A model generated the notes under the pieces. It was not told the DNA's origin. It searched no databases and saw nothing but the letters and a program-made list of their open reading frames with translations. The translations under genes and the position numbers were made by a program. DNA of 64,000 nucleotides from Ostreococcus lucimarinus. Taxonomy: Eukaryota. Every line of letters begins with the position of its first letter. The first letter of the stretch is position 1. Location: assembly GCA_000092065.1 (NCBI GenBank), contig CP000585.1. One strand, given 5' to 3'. Of this stretch, positions 38,705-47,752 are shown piece after piece.

Positions 38705-40282
38705 TCACGTGAGCACGAGGGCGATCTCGCTAGGTTCTAAATCTTCCAATATCCGCCAGTTGTAGAGGTAATAGTGCAAATTCCCGTCGCCGATGCCGAA
38801 ATTGAGCGCGCTCAGGAAGGATTCGTTTTCCATCAAATCGAGCGCGTTGAAGACGTCGAATGCGTTGTTTCGCGCCAAAATGAGGGCGTCTTCCATGAGC
38901 TTCACGAGCGGCATGGACGTCGCGACGTTGTAATACGAGTACGCCGCCTTCAGAGTTTTGTGCTTGGTTTTGCTGTGAATGATTTGCGACGGTAAGTTGT
39001 AAAAGCTGACGAAGTCGGTGATCTTGTTCGTCTTCTCGTCCTCGACGACGTATGAAAACACGACGTCCTCGCGCGGCAACAACCAGTGCCGAACTTCGGC
39101 CTCATTCATTATGGGCGCCACGGCGAATCTAGTCAAATATTTGCTCAACAACGCCGTCACGCGTGGAACGTCGGCCTCGGTCATGTGACGCAACCCTTCC
39201 GATTTTGGCTTCGCGGCAAGCTTGAACATCTGCACCGCGCGTGACATCGAGGCGTCGCGACCCAGGCGCGTGAATCCGATGTCGACGAGCTTTTTAATAT
39301 CCAAACTCCGATGCCAATAACGCGCTTTCGATATCGGCTTCGGCAACAGCACTCCCGCGGTGTACGTCGCTTGCCACACATCTTTCGCGTTGACCCGTCG
39401 CGTAATCTCCTTGATGAGCGTCGGCGCGATGCGCTTCGAGCGCAACTTTTTATGAATGCACAAGAAATTGATCTCCGCCAAGTCGATTTCTTTCCCCTTC
39501 ACCCTGAGTTTCGCCGGCACGCCCGTGATGAACGCCACGAGCGTCTGCGTCACCTTCAACCGCACTCCAACGTGCCAATCACCGTGATACTCCGGCGGTC
39601 GCAGCGCCCACTTTAAAAACTCTTGCGAGTATTGAAATCGAAACATCGCGTCGTCGTCCTCCACGTAGTTGTTCGTCAACAGCTCGTACACCTCCTCCTG
39701 CGTCCTCGAGTCCGTCATATCGCACGAGCACCACTCGTACCCCGGCGGCAGCGCGCCTCCGCTCTCGCTCGTCTCACTCGCGAGTTTCGGCGGGTCGATC
39801 GGTCCTTCCCGCAGCTCCGCGCCGCGCGACGTGTCCTCGCCGAATTGTCGCACGGGTTGCGTCTCCCAGAATTCGTGCGACGGCATTCGCGACGTCCGCT
39901 TCCCTTCGCGTTCGGCGAGGTGATGCTTCACGAGCGCGTCGACCACGCTCGACACCGTCGGCGCGTCGCCGTCGCGCGCGCGATCGACATCGCCTTCGAC
40001 ATCTCGTCCGCGCACCGCGTCGTTTCGCGCGTCGCGCGCGTCCGACGCGTCGGCGCCGACGACGCGCGCGTTCGCGTCGGCGCTCGCGGCGCGCGGCGCC
40101 GCGTCGGCGTCGGCGTCGGCGCGCATGTCGCGTCCAGCGCGTCGGAGTGCGGGCCGACGCCGTTCATCGGCAGAGCGCGACGCGTCGGCGAGCGCGCGAG
40201 ACACCGAGTCGGCGCGCGAGCGCGCGCGAGCGATCGACGCGTCGACGCTCAGACGCATAGACGCCCGGACGCGTCGAGACAT
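38705..40282 (-). CDS. NMT: Glycylpeptide N-tetradecanoyltransferase (N-myristoyltransferase)
   Basis: ATG verified at 40282. Conserved blocks are FWETQPV, EINFLCIHKKLRSKRIAPTLIKEITRRVN and YYLYNW. The N-terminal ~140 aa are Arg/Ala/Asp-rich, and the true start may be a downstream Met. Confidence 0.85.
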   Translation of the reverse strand: MSRRVRASMRLSVDASIARARSRADSVSRALADASRSADERRRPALRRAGRDMRADADADAAPRAASADANARVVGADASDARDARNDAVRGRDVEGDVDRARDGDAPTVSSVVDALVKHHLAEREGKRTSRMPSHEFWETQPVRQFGEDTSRGAELREGPIDPPKLASETSESGGALPPGYEWCSCDMTDSRTQEEVYELLTNNYVEDDDAMFRFQYSQEFLKWALRPPEYHGDWHVGVRLKVTQTLVAFITGVPAKLRVKGKEIDLAEINFLCIHKKLRSKRIAPTLIKEITRRVNAKDVWQATYTAGVLLPKPISKARYWHRSLDIKKLVDIGFTRLGRDASMSRAVQMFKLAAKPKSEGLRHMTEADVPRVTALLSKYLTRFAVAPIMNEAEVRHWLLPREDVVFSYVVEDEKTNKITDFVSFYNLPSQIIHSKTKHKTLKAAYSYYNVATSMPLVKLMEDALILARNNAFDVFNALDLMENESFLSALNFGIGDGNLHYYLYNWRILEDLEPSEIALVLT

Positions 40283-40404
40283 CGAGGCGCGCGCGCGCCG
40301 CGCGCGCGAACGCGTCGAACGCGCGCGCGGAAGACGCCAGGTGGTGACGAGAACGGCTTTGACGACGCGCGCGAGACGCGAGACGCGCGAGACGGAAGCG
40401 CGCG
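40283..40404. promoter_or_regulatory. 122-bp divergent promoter region between NMT (-) and the TMEM184 gene (+)
   Basis: The two verified ATGs are at 40282 (-) and 40405 (+). Confidence 0.4.
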
Positions 40405-41547
40405 ATGAAGTGGTACCTAGGGTATACCACCGCGCACCACGTCACGGGGTTCTTAGCGTGGACGAGCGCGATCGTCGCCGTCGCGCTCGTCGCCATGCAC
40501 GTGAAGCACTACACCATGCCGCGGGTGCAGCGACACATAAATCGAGTGATTCTCGTCGTGCCCGTGTTCTCGTTGCTGAGCTGGATCTCGCTCGTGATCG
40601 AAAATAATAAGGCGGAGTTCTACATCGAGGTCGTGCGAGATTGCTACGAGAGCTGGGTGGTGTACAACTTTTTGAATCTTTGTCTGGCGTACGTCGGCGG
40701 ACCGGGCGCCATCGTGAACGCCATGGCTGGGAAGGAGATCAAAGTCGGTTCTTGGTTGCGCGGGACGTGCATCTTTGATCGTGATTTAGTGGTAGATGGG
40801 AACTACATTCGGCGGTGCAAACAAGGATGCTTGCAGTTCGTGTTTATCAAGCCGATTTTGTCGGTTATAGAAATCGTGCTGCAAGCCAAAGGGAAGCTCG
40901 GCGACGGACAGATCAACTTTTTGAAGGCGTACGTGTACATTCTCTTCGTGTATAACATTTCATACACACTCGCTTTGTACGCGCTGTGGATGTTTTACTT
41001 GGGCGCACACGACCCACTGGCGAAGTACAATCCGTTACTCAAGTTTATCATCGTCAAGAGCGTGATCTTTTTGAGCTTTTGGCAAAGCTTCTTCACCGCC
41101 ATGGCGGTGCGCACGGGAAGTTTGGATAGCCCCGAAGAAGGTCGCGCGGTGCAGGACGTACTTATTTGCTGCGAGATGTTCGTCGTATCGTTGATGATGT
41201 GGTTCGCGTTCCCATACACCGATTTCGTCGACCCAACGGGCGCCAAGCGTGGCTTCGTCTCCAACGTCGTCAACTTTGTCTCTGTGCGCGACGTCTTTGA
41301 CGATACGGTGCATCAGTTTGGGGCGACATATCAAGACTACACGCTTCACGGTGACGGAGAGACACCGGATAGGACGGTGAAGATGCGTACATTCGTTCCT
41401 ATGGGTCGTTCGAGCGCACCCGAGCACGACACCGCGAGCCTGTCGGCGAACGCGTCGGTGTGGGACGACCTGGAAGCGGCGGCAAACGCGCCCCCGCTTC
41501 GAAGCGACGCGCCTGAACACGAGTTGGCGACGATCGGCGAAGAATAA
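40405..41547 (+). CDS. TMEM184 / OST-alpha family (DUF300) multi-pass membrane protein
   Basis: ATG verified. The seven-TM core reads ...YESWVVYNFLNLCLAYVGGPGAIVNAM...FLKAYVYILFVYNISYTLALYALWMFY...LLKFIIVKSVIFLSFWQSFF, typical of DUF300. Confidence 0.8.
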   Translation: MKWYLGYTTAHHVTGFLAWTSAIVAVALVAMHVKHYTMPRVQRHINRVILVVPVFSLLSWISLVIENNKAEFYIEVVRDCYESWVVYNFLNLCLAYVGGPGAIVNAMAGKEIKVGSWLRGTCIFDRDLVVDGNYIRRCKQGCLQFVFIKPILSVIEIVLQAKGKLGDGQINFLKAYVYILFVYNISYTLALYALWMFYLGAHDPLAKYNPLLKFIIVKSVIFLSFWQSFFTAMAVRTGSLDSPEEGRAVQDVLICCEMFVVSLMMWFAFPYTDFVDPTGAKRGFVSNVVNFVSVRDVFDDTVHQFGATYQDYTLHGDGETPDRTVKMRTFVPMGRSSAPEHDTASLSANASVWDDLEAAANAPPLRSDAPEHELATIGEE

Positions 41548-41618
41548 AATTAGGAATGAGTTAGCGGATGAGTTGTTAGTACCAGATATAATTACATGGA
41601 CGGAAATACATGCCAGCG

Positions 41619-42545
41619 TCAATCCAGATAGAACAAGGTGACGAGCTTTCGCATAGTTTTCGCGTTGCGGCACGTTTCGAGCAAAAGTCTGGAATCGTGA
41701 AAAGCGAAGACGATGATTTGTTTCACCTTACTCACGATCGTGTCGTTGCATATCCTCGACGCCTCTACGAGAGGCATGCCGTCGTTCTCCGGGGCTTCGA
41801 CGATTTGCGCCACGCCCTCCAACAGCTCCCTCGATTCTCGCGGTTGCTTGGCCAGACTTTGCGGTAAAACCACTGTGAGCAATTCGGGCTGCTCGGCGCG
41901 AAGCGCCCCTCTGATCACCGCCGCGTTCGTCCCGGTGGCACCACTCGTGTATATGTGATTCCCCGTCAAACAAAGCGCGTACGCCAAAATTTCAATCAAC
42001 TGCTGGTGCATGAAACCCATATTCCTCGTCCCGAAGAAGCCGATTTCCTTCGGGCAGTCCTCTTGAATCGCGATGAGCTCTTGCAAGTAATCCACATCCA
42101 GCGTCATCCCGCTCGGTTTATCCTCAACCGCGGCCACACCTTTCACGACAGCCTCACCTTGCGTCGACAGCCCGTCGCCCGAGTAATCCGCGCCGAACAA
42201 ACCCTCCAAATCTTCTCGCGGTCCGCCGCGCGTCGTCTCGCGACCCCGGTCGCCGACGTCGCCGGCGTCTCGCGACACCGACGTCTCATCCCGCGCGCCC
42301 GCGCGCGCCCGCGCGTCTCTCTCGCGCGCTCCGCGCGTCATCGTCGTCCGCGACGCGCGCGTCATCGCGTCTCCGCGCGTCGCGCGTCGCGCGTCGTCGC
42401 CGCGATGATCCCATCGCACCGGTGCCGACACGCGTCGCCGTTCGAGCGTCGCGACCGGTCCCGCGCGCGCGCCGGCGCCGCGCGCGCGCGCTCGAAACGC
42501 TCGCGCGTCCCCCACCGCGCGCGTCGCGCCGCGCATCGTCGACAT
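41619..42545 (-). CDS. DprA/Smf-like Rossmann-fold protein with a long Arg/Ala-rich (transit-peptide-like) N-terminus
   Basis: ATG verified at 42545. The core IGFFGTRNMGFMHQQLIEILAYALCLTGNHIYTSGATGTNAAVIRGAL...LTVVLPQSLAKQPRESRELLEGVAQIVEAP follows the DprA pattern (GSR..s..G......la..La..g..vvSG.A.GID.aAH.gAL...T.aVL..Gld..YP..n..L). The assignment is from memory of the family profile. Confidence 0.5.
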   Translation of the reverse strand: MSTMRGATRAVGDARAFRARARGAGARAGPVATLERRRVSAPVRWDHRGDDARRATRGDAMTRASRTTMTRGARERDARARAGARDETSVSRDAGDVGDRGRETTRGGPREDLEGLFGADYSGDGLSTQGEAVVKGVAAVEDKPSGMTLDVDYLQELIAIQEDCPKEIGFFGTRNMGFMHQQLIEILAYALCLTGNHIYTSGATGTNAAVIRGALRAEQPELLTVVLPQSLAKQPRESRELLEGVAQIVEAPENDGMPLVEASRICNDTIVSKVKQIIVFAFHDSRLLLETCRNAKTMRKLVTLFYLD

Positions 42546-42636
42546 CGCGCGCGCGTCGCGATCTCAAGTTTCGACGCCACCATCGCGCGCGCACGACGCC
42601 CGTCCCGCCGCACTGCGCGACGCGCGGTCGGCGGAG
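42546..42636. promoter_or_regulatory. 91-bp divergent promoter region between the DprA-like gene (-) and USO1 (+)
   Basis: The two verified ATGs are at 42545 (-) and 42637 (+). Confidence 0.4.
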
Positions 42637-45519
42637 ATGCACCGCCTCGGCGCCGTGGCGTCGTCGTTCAAGCACGGCGCGTCGAGCGTGGCGAAAAACA
42701 TCGTCTTCGGCGCGCCCGAGGACGATTCGGGCGCGGGCGCCGAGCCGTTGCTGGACGAACTCACCGAGGGCGTCCTCGGCGCCGATCGCATCGCCGCCGC
42801 GGAAGCGCTGCGACGGTTGATCGAAAAGGATGAACGCGCGCGGTCGTTCGTCGCCGAGCGAGGGCTGGTGAAGATGTTCGAGACGCTGCGGGATACGAAC
42901 GATGACGACGGTTTGGTGCGCGCGACGCTGGAGACTATGCGAGCGGCGGCGAGCGGAGAAGCGAGCGAAGGACGCGAACGGGCGCGAGAGGTGATCACGG
43001 GAGACGTGAATAACGTGAAACAGTTGGTGAGTGAGCTTAGGGGGGTGGATTTTTATTCAAAGCTGCACGCGGCGCAGACGCTGAGCGAGGCGAGCGAGAC
43101 GCGAGGCGAGGCGATGCGAGCGGGAATGTTGGCGGATCCCACCGCGGTGCCGACGCTGATGGATGCGATGAAGGAAAATGAAGTGATTCGTAATGAAATA
43201 CTATTGCTTCTTGTGTCGCTGACGAGAGGAAACGAGGAGTTGCAAAAGATCGTTGCGTTTGAGGGCGCGTTTGAGCGCGCGTTCGCCGTGATGCGAGAGG
43301 AGGGTGGCGTCGACGGCGGCGTGGTCGTGCAAGACTGTTTGGAGTTGTGCAATAACTTACTCAGGGATAATCCTAGCAACCAGACCTTGTTTCGCGAGAG
43401 CGGGTTTGTGCGCAGCGTTCCGGGCATGGCGGCGGTGGAGCGTGAGATTGGTAATGCCGGCATGCAAGGAATTTCGGCGCAAAAAGCAGCGAATACGTTG
43501 TGCGCGCTCGAGACGGTGCATCTACTGGTTAGCCCTGATGAAGAAAGTGGGAAACGTAAGCACTTGAACAGAGATGACGAGCTAGATGCGATGATGAAGC
43601 AGCAACGCTTGCAGGGTTGTCGAGCGAACCAAAGCGAATTGGCCAAGCACGGAACGGTGGAAATTCTTGTGCGAGCGGCATTGGGAGATTCAGCGGTGAA
43701 CGCCGTCAGTGTGCGCGTCGCAGCCTTACGCGCATTGGCGGCGCTCGTGCGCGACCATGAAGGTAACCAGACCGCGTTGTTTAGCGCCACGGCTGATCGT
43801 GCGGGCACGGTGACTGAACCAGCGCTGTTGTCGTGCGGCCGAGCGGCGCTACATAGCGAATCGCCAGCTGAGCGCAGTGCCGCAATATTAGTTTTAGGCG
43901 CGGCGATGCTCGGAAATCCCGATGGTCAGCTACTGCTCGTATCCACGCTCGCACCGACTGGTCTAGGAGCTGATGACAGGAGTGAGGAGTCGTCGCTTGG
44001 TGGGTTACTTGCCCGAGCTCTTATGCAGAAGGGCGGATCGAGCGTGGCGTTCGACGAAGCCAGCACAGCGGCGGCGAGTGTTCTTCGCGACATGCTGCAC
44101 AAAAACGATCAAAGTAAACTCAAAGCACTACGGGTAAACTTGGAACCACTGAGCTCACGCTCGAACGCGTCTGAACTGTTGCTTCCTCGTTGCGTGCGCC
44201 AACTCGCGGTGACGCACGCTCGGGAAGAGGATGAAGAAAAGGTGGAAAAGCTGCAGTCGGTTCTCTTGCGGCTTTTGATCGTGTGGCTATACGAGTGCAA
44301 GGCGGCGGTTGAAGCGTTTTTGTCGTCCCCGGGGCATCTTCCCGCCATAGCCGATCTGGCACGAACTGGCGGAAGCACAGAATCGCCCCATGTCGCCGCG
44401 CTCGCATGCGTCGTGTTGGGATGCTGCTTGCTCGAAAACTCTGGGAGCGTGCTCGACGTCGTCTCTGCCCGAGTGGGATTGCAGAATTTCTTCATGAAGT
44501 GGGAGACGATGACGAAGTCATCGCTGTACGCCGACGCGTCGAGAGCACCCACGTTGCCAAAACCTTTGACGCGAGCGAATGCGGCGAAGTTCGCGACGCA
44601 GAGTGAGGGAGCGGAGGATGTCTCACCCGGTGGAGGATTGTACGATCACGACATTACAGTGTTCATCAACGAGTTAGAAGAGCGCGTGAAGTCGGCAATA
44701 ATGTCACTGTATGCGAAGCCTTCGGGCGCTGGAGATGAGTGTGCGGTGTCGAGCGTGGCTAAACGAGAGGACGAAGACGACGTCTCATACGCGCGGCGCT
44801 TACAAGAGGCACTTCAAGCGAGTGAGTCGGAATTAGCGGAGGTGCGCTCGCGAAACGCCGTACTGGCAGAACAGATTTTGGGCGTTGCACCGACATCGGC
44901 AAACGCGAGCGATGATCCATCCGCAGTGGCGAAGAACGGCGCGCGTCACGCGTCCGCCGAAGCCCTTCACGCCGCCGTCGAGGCGGCGAAGCGAGCGAGC
45001 GCCCAAGAGATCGCATCCCTAACTTCCGAGCTTGAGGAAGTCAAAAAAGTGGCCGAAGAACGTCAGGAAGCCCTCACGTCATTGAGCACGGCGTATAACG
45101 GTTTAGAAGCGGAGGTGTATCGTCTCGAAACTGAAGCCAATGGCTTGCGCGAAAAGCTCCACGCGTCTTCGGAATTTGGCGGCGGCGCCGCGCCCGAGAC
45201 CTCATCTTTAGACATCGCGCGAGAAGCCGGCCGCGAAGAAGGTCGCCGTCTCGCTGAGGCTGAAGCAGAGTTACGCATCCGTGACGCCGTCGACGCCGCG
45301 CTCGTGGACGCCGATTCTCGCCTCCGCGCCGCCGTCGAAGCCGCCGTCGCCGACGCTCGCGCCGCCGACGAAGCAGAGCTCAACGATCTTCTCGCCTGTC
45401 TCGGGCAAGAGGAAGCGTCCAAGGAGCACTTGCTCGCTAAACTCATCGCCGCGGGCGAGAGCGAGGCCGCGCTATTGGACGAGCTCGCGTCCATCGTCAT
45501 CGAGGACGTCGACGCGTAG
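42637..45519 (+). CDS. USO1: General vesicular transport factor p115 / USO1 (plant golgin candidate 6-like): armadillo N-terminal domain, coiled-coil tail, acidic C-terminus
   Basis: ATG verified. Strong match to the p115 armadillo region: VIRNEILLLLVSLTRGNEELQKIVAFEGAFERAFAVMREEGGVDGGVVVQDCLELCNNLLRDNPSNQTLFRE against human IRNDGVLLLQALTRSNGAIQKIVAFENAFERLLDIISEEGNSDGGIVVEDCLILLQNLLKNNNSNQNFFKE. The C-terminus is a coiled coil plus IEDVDA. Confidence 0.85.
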   Translation: MHRLGAVASSFKHGASSVAKNIVFGAPEDDSGAGAEPLLDELTEGVLGADRIAAAEALRRLIEKDERARSFVAERGLVKMFETLRDTNDDDGLVRATLETMRAAASGEASEGRERAREVITGDVNNVKQLVSELRGVDFYSKLHAAQTLSEASETRGEAMRAGMLADPTAVPTLMDAMKENEVIRNEILLLLVSLTRGNEELQKIVAFEGAFERAFAVMREEGGVDGGVVVQDCLELCNNLLRDNPSNQTLFRESGFVRSVPGMAAVEREIGNAGMQGISAQKAANTLCALETVHLLVSPDEESGKRKHLNRDDELDAMMKQQRLQGCRANQSELAKHGTVEILVRAALGDSAVNAVSVRVAALRALAALVRDHEGNQTALFSATADRAGTVTEPALLSCGRAALHSESPAERSAAILVLGAAMLGNPDGQLLLVSTLAPTGLGADDRSEESSLGGLLARALMQKGGSSVAFDEASTAAASVLRDMLHKNDQSKLKALRVNLEPLSSRSNASELLLPRCVRQLAVTHAREEDEEKVEKLQSVLLRLLIVWLYECKAAVEAFLSSPGHLPAIADLARTGGSTESPHVAALACVVLGCCLLENSGSVLDVVSARVGLQNFFMKWETMTKSSLYADASRAPTLPKPLTRANAAKFATQSEGAEDVSPGGGLYDHDITVFINELEERVKSAIMSLYAKPSGAGDECAVSSVAKREDEDDVSYARRLQEALQASESELAEVRSRNAVLAEQILGVAPTSANASDDPSAVAKNGARHASAEALHAAVEAAKRASAQEIASLTSELEEVKKVAEERQEALTSLSTAYNGLEAEVYRLETEANGLREKLHASSEFGGGAAPETSSLDIAREAGREEGRRLAEAEAELRIRDAVDAALVDADSRLRAAVEAAVADARAADEAELNDLLACLGQEEASKEHLLAKLIAAGESEAALLDELASIVIEDVDA

Positions 45520-45627
45520 TCGCCGACGTCAAACCAACCGTCGCCGAGTTGTAATCCACGCGCACTTCCCCCCGCACACCGCACCGCGCGCGCGAGCTCG
45601 CGCCCACACACCGCGCGCGCGCATTCG

Positions 45628-46818
45628 ATGGGCGCCGCCGCGGCCAAGCTTCGCGATCTCCGCGCCGGCCCGCTCGACGCGTCCGAGTGCGCCGAACTCA
45701 AACCAGTCTGGGGCCCATTCGTGGACACCTTCGTCGCCACCTTACACGCCCAAGGCGCCGCCGTCGCGCCCGTCGACGTCGACGAACGAACGCCGCGATC
45801 GCCCGCGACGCCGTCGGCGGCGCACGCGTCGACGTCGACGTCGTATCGACGCCCGAGCGTCGAACGATTGGTCGCCATCGGCGACGTGCACGGAGACCTG
45901 GCGAAGACGCGCGAAGCGTTTCGCGCGGCGAAACTGACGAACGCGCGCGACGAATGGGTCGGAGGGACGACGACGTGCGTGCAAGTGGGCGATCAGCTCG
46001 ATCGAGGGAAGGACGAGGTGGCGATATTGCATTTTTTGGAGCGGTTGCGAGGCGAAGCGCGAGCGGCGGGGGGCGAACTCGTGGTGATGAATGGAAATCA
46101 CGAGACGCTGAACGTGAGCGGGAGGTATAGGTATTCGTTAGCGGAGGGTAACGCTGATTTCACGCGATGGCGGGCGCGACAGGACATTGGGAAGGTTTTG
46201 CGAGCGAATTGCGGGTTGGCGGCGGGCGTGTGCGAGTCGCGCGCTGGCGAAGCGGCGAAGACGGATACTCTACCGAGTTTCGTGAAAGAGGGCGAGGGTG
46301 ATCGCTGGCGCGCGCTCGCTCCGGGAGCACCGTTGGCGCTGAGGTTTTTGGCGCACCAGCCGGTGGTGGTGGCGATCGGGAGCACTTTGTTCGTGCACGG
46401 CGGTGTGTTACCAGAGCACGTCAAGTACGGCTTGGATACGCTCAACGAAGAGATCTCGCAGTGGATCAAGCGGGGTAAAATCAAAAGTGCGCCGCCGTTA
46501 AGCGTCCAAGGGCGAGATTCGGTGGTTTGGGCGCGCGATTACTCGCACGTGCAAGAACATAAGTGCGATTGCGACTTACTAGAGGAGACGCTTCGGATGA
46601 TTCCCGGCGTCGAGCGCGTCGTCGTCGGGCACACCATCCAGCATCCGCACGGAATTACCTCCGCGTGCGACGGTAAAGTCATCCGTATCGACGTGGGTAT
46701 GTCGAAAGGGTGCGTCGACGCCAAACCTGAGGCGTTAGAGATTTTAAAGGACGGCGAGTCCATCGCGAAAATGAAGCTTGGTGACGACGGCGAAACCGTC
46801 GAGACGACGACGTTGTGA
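45628..46818 (+). CDS. Shewanella-like protein phosphatase (SLP; PPP-family metallophosphoesterase)
   Basis: ATG verified. Metallophosphatase motifs GDVHGD, GDQLDRG and GNHE sit in an SLP-like context (LVAIGDVHGDLAKTREAF...VQVGDQLDRGKDEVAILHFLERL...VVMNGNHETLNV). The N-terminus is MGAAAAK. Confidence 0.8.
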   Translation: MGAAAAKLRDLRAGPLDASECAELKPVWGPFVDTFVATLHAQGAAVAPVDVDERTPRSPATPSAAHASTSTSYRRPSVERLVAIGDVHGDLAKTREAFRAAKLTNARDEWVGGTTTCVQVGDQLDRGKDEVAILHFLERLRGEARAAGGELVVMNGNHETLNVSGRYRYSLAEGNADFTRWRARQDIGKVLRANCGLAAGVCESRAGEAAKTDTLPSFVKEGEGDRWRALAPGAPLALRFLAHQPVVVAIGSTLFVHGGVLPEHVKYGLDTLNEEISQWIKRGKIKSAPPLSVQGRDSVVWARDYSHVQEHKCDCDLLEETLRMIPGVERVVVGHTIQHPHGITSACDGKVIRIDVGMSKGCVDAKPEALEILKDGESIAKMKLGDDGETVETTTL

Positions 46819-46959
46819 GCGCATCGCCGCACGCACCGTTGACGCAGTAGTATTTGTAAAAGAATATTCTCTCATCTGATTCATATTCACAAGCTTCGCC
46901 GATGCGAATTTCTAATTTTACTGGGACAACGAGAATGCTATGAAAAGAAAGAAGTCGCC

Positions 46960-47337
46960 TTACGCGTTCATGCAAAGGGTGGCGCACCCAGACTCGGGAA
47001 ACCCGATCGGGTTGTTCGTAGTGCTCGTACTCGTCGGCACGCACGTGTTGACGAACGAGCTGCACCCAGACATCGCCGCCTTCACCCACGGCAAGAGCGC
47101 CGGCAAAGTCGTCGGCGCCGTCTTCGAGGCGTCGTTCCCGACGTAACGGAACATACCCAAGTATTTCGGCGGCAAGTGACGGTACGGCGCGTGTCGCATA
47201 CCGGTCGTGATGAAAATCAACGCCGCGTAAATCCCCGAGAAGAACGTCCAGAGACAAAGGATGTACACCGCGAGCTTGGCGATGTTTTCCTTGCTCATCT
47301 CGTACCCCGGTTCCACCGGCGCCTTTTCGACCACAAC
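46960..47337 (-). CDS. Small single-pass membrane protein (conservatively 46960..47298 from ATG MSKENIAKLAVYILCLWTFFSGIYAALIFITTGMRHAPYRHLPPKY...); possibly exon 2 of a two-exon gene
   Basis: The ORF has one clear TM helix. The track start at 47334 is a GTG, and the first ATG is at 47298. A 7-codon candidate first exon at 47602-47622 (ATGGCGGCGAAGAAAGAGAAG|GTGCGC) could splice to GTT at 47337 via acceptor ACGTAG at 47338-47343. This is a speculative model. Confidence 0.35.
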   Translation of the reverse strand, partial: VVVEKAPVEPGYEMSKENIAKLAVYILCLWTFFSGIYAALIFITTGMRHAPYRHLPPKYLGMFRYVGNDASKTAPTTLPALLPWVKAAMSGCSSFVNTCVPTSTSTTNNPIGFPESGCATLCMNA

Positions 47338-47752
47338 CTACGTTCCGTCGCGTCGCGTCCATCGTCAGTCGCGCGTTCCGATCGTCGATCGATTTTTCAT
47401 TCACCGCGCGCGCGTCGTCTCGTCCCCGCGCGTCGTTCGCGCGCGCGTCCGACGCCGTCCGCGTCGCGCCCGCGAGAGGTTTTCGCCGTCGCGTCGATCG
47501 CGTCGCGCGCGCGCCGCGCGACGTCGATCGCGCCCGCGGCGCGCGCGCGATCGATGTCGAGCGACGCGTTCGCGCCGTCGCGCGCGTCGCGCGTCGCGCA
47601 CCTTCTCTTTCTTCGCCGCCATCGTCGCGCGTCGTGTGGCGTCGACCGCGGACCTTTCGCGACGGCGGGGTCGACCGACCGCGGTCCGCGGGGCGATGGC
47701 GCGGTTTTAGGGCGGGCCGTACTGTTTGCGCATACGATTGGAATGTGATGCT

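Noticed and set aside
46679-47404. 241-aa minus-strand ORF overlapping the SLP phosphatase 3' end and the small TM gene
   Set aside because: It overlaps the well-supported SLP C-terminus on the opposite strand. It has no domain, and its track start is not supported by a sensible gene model.
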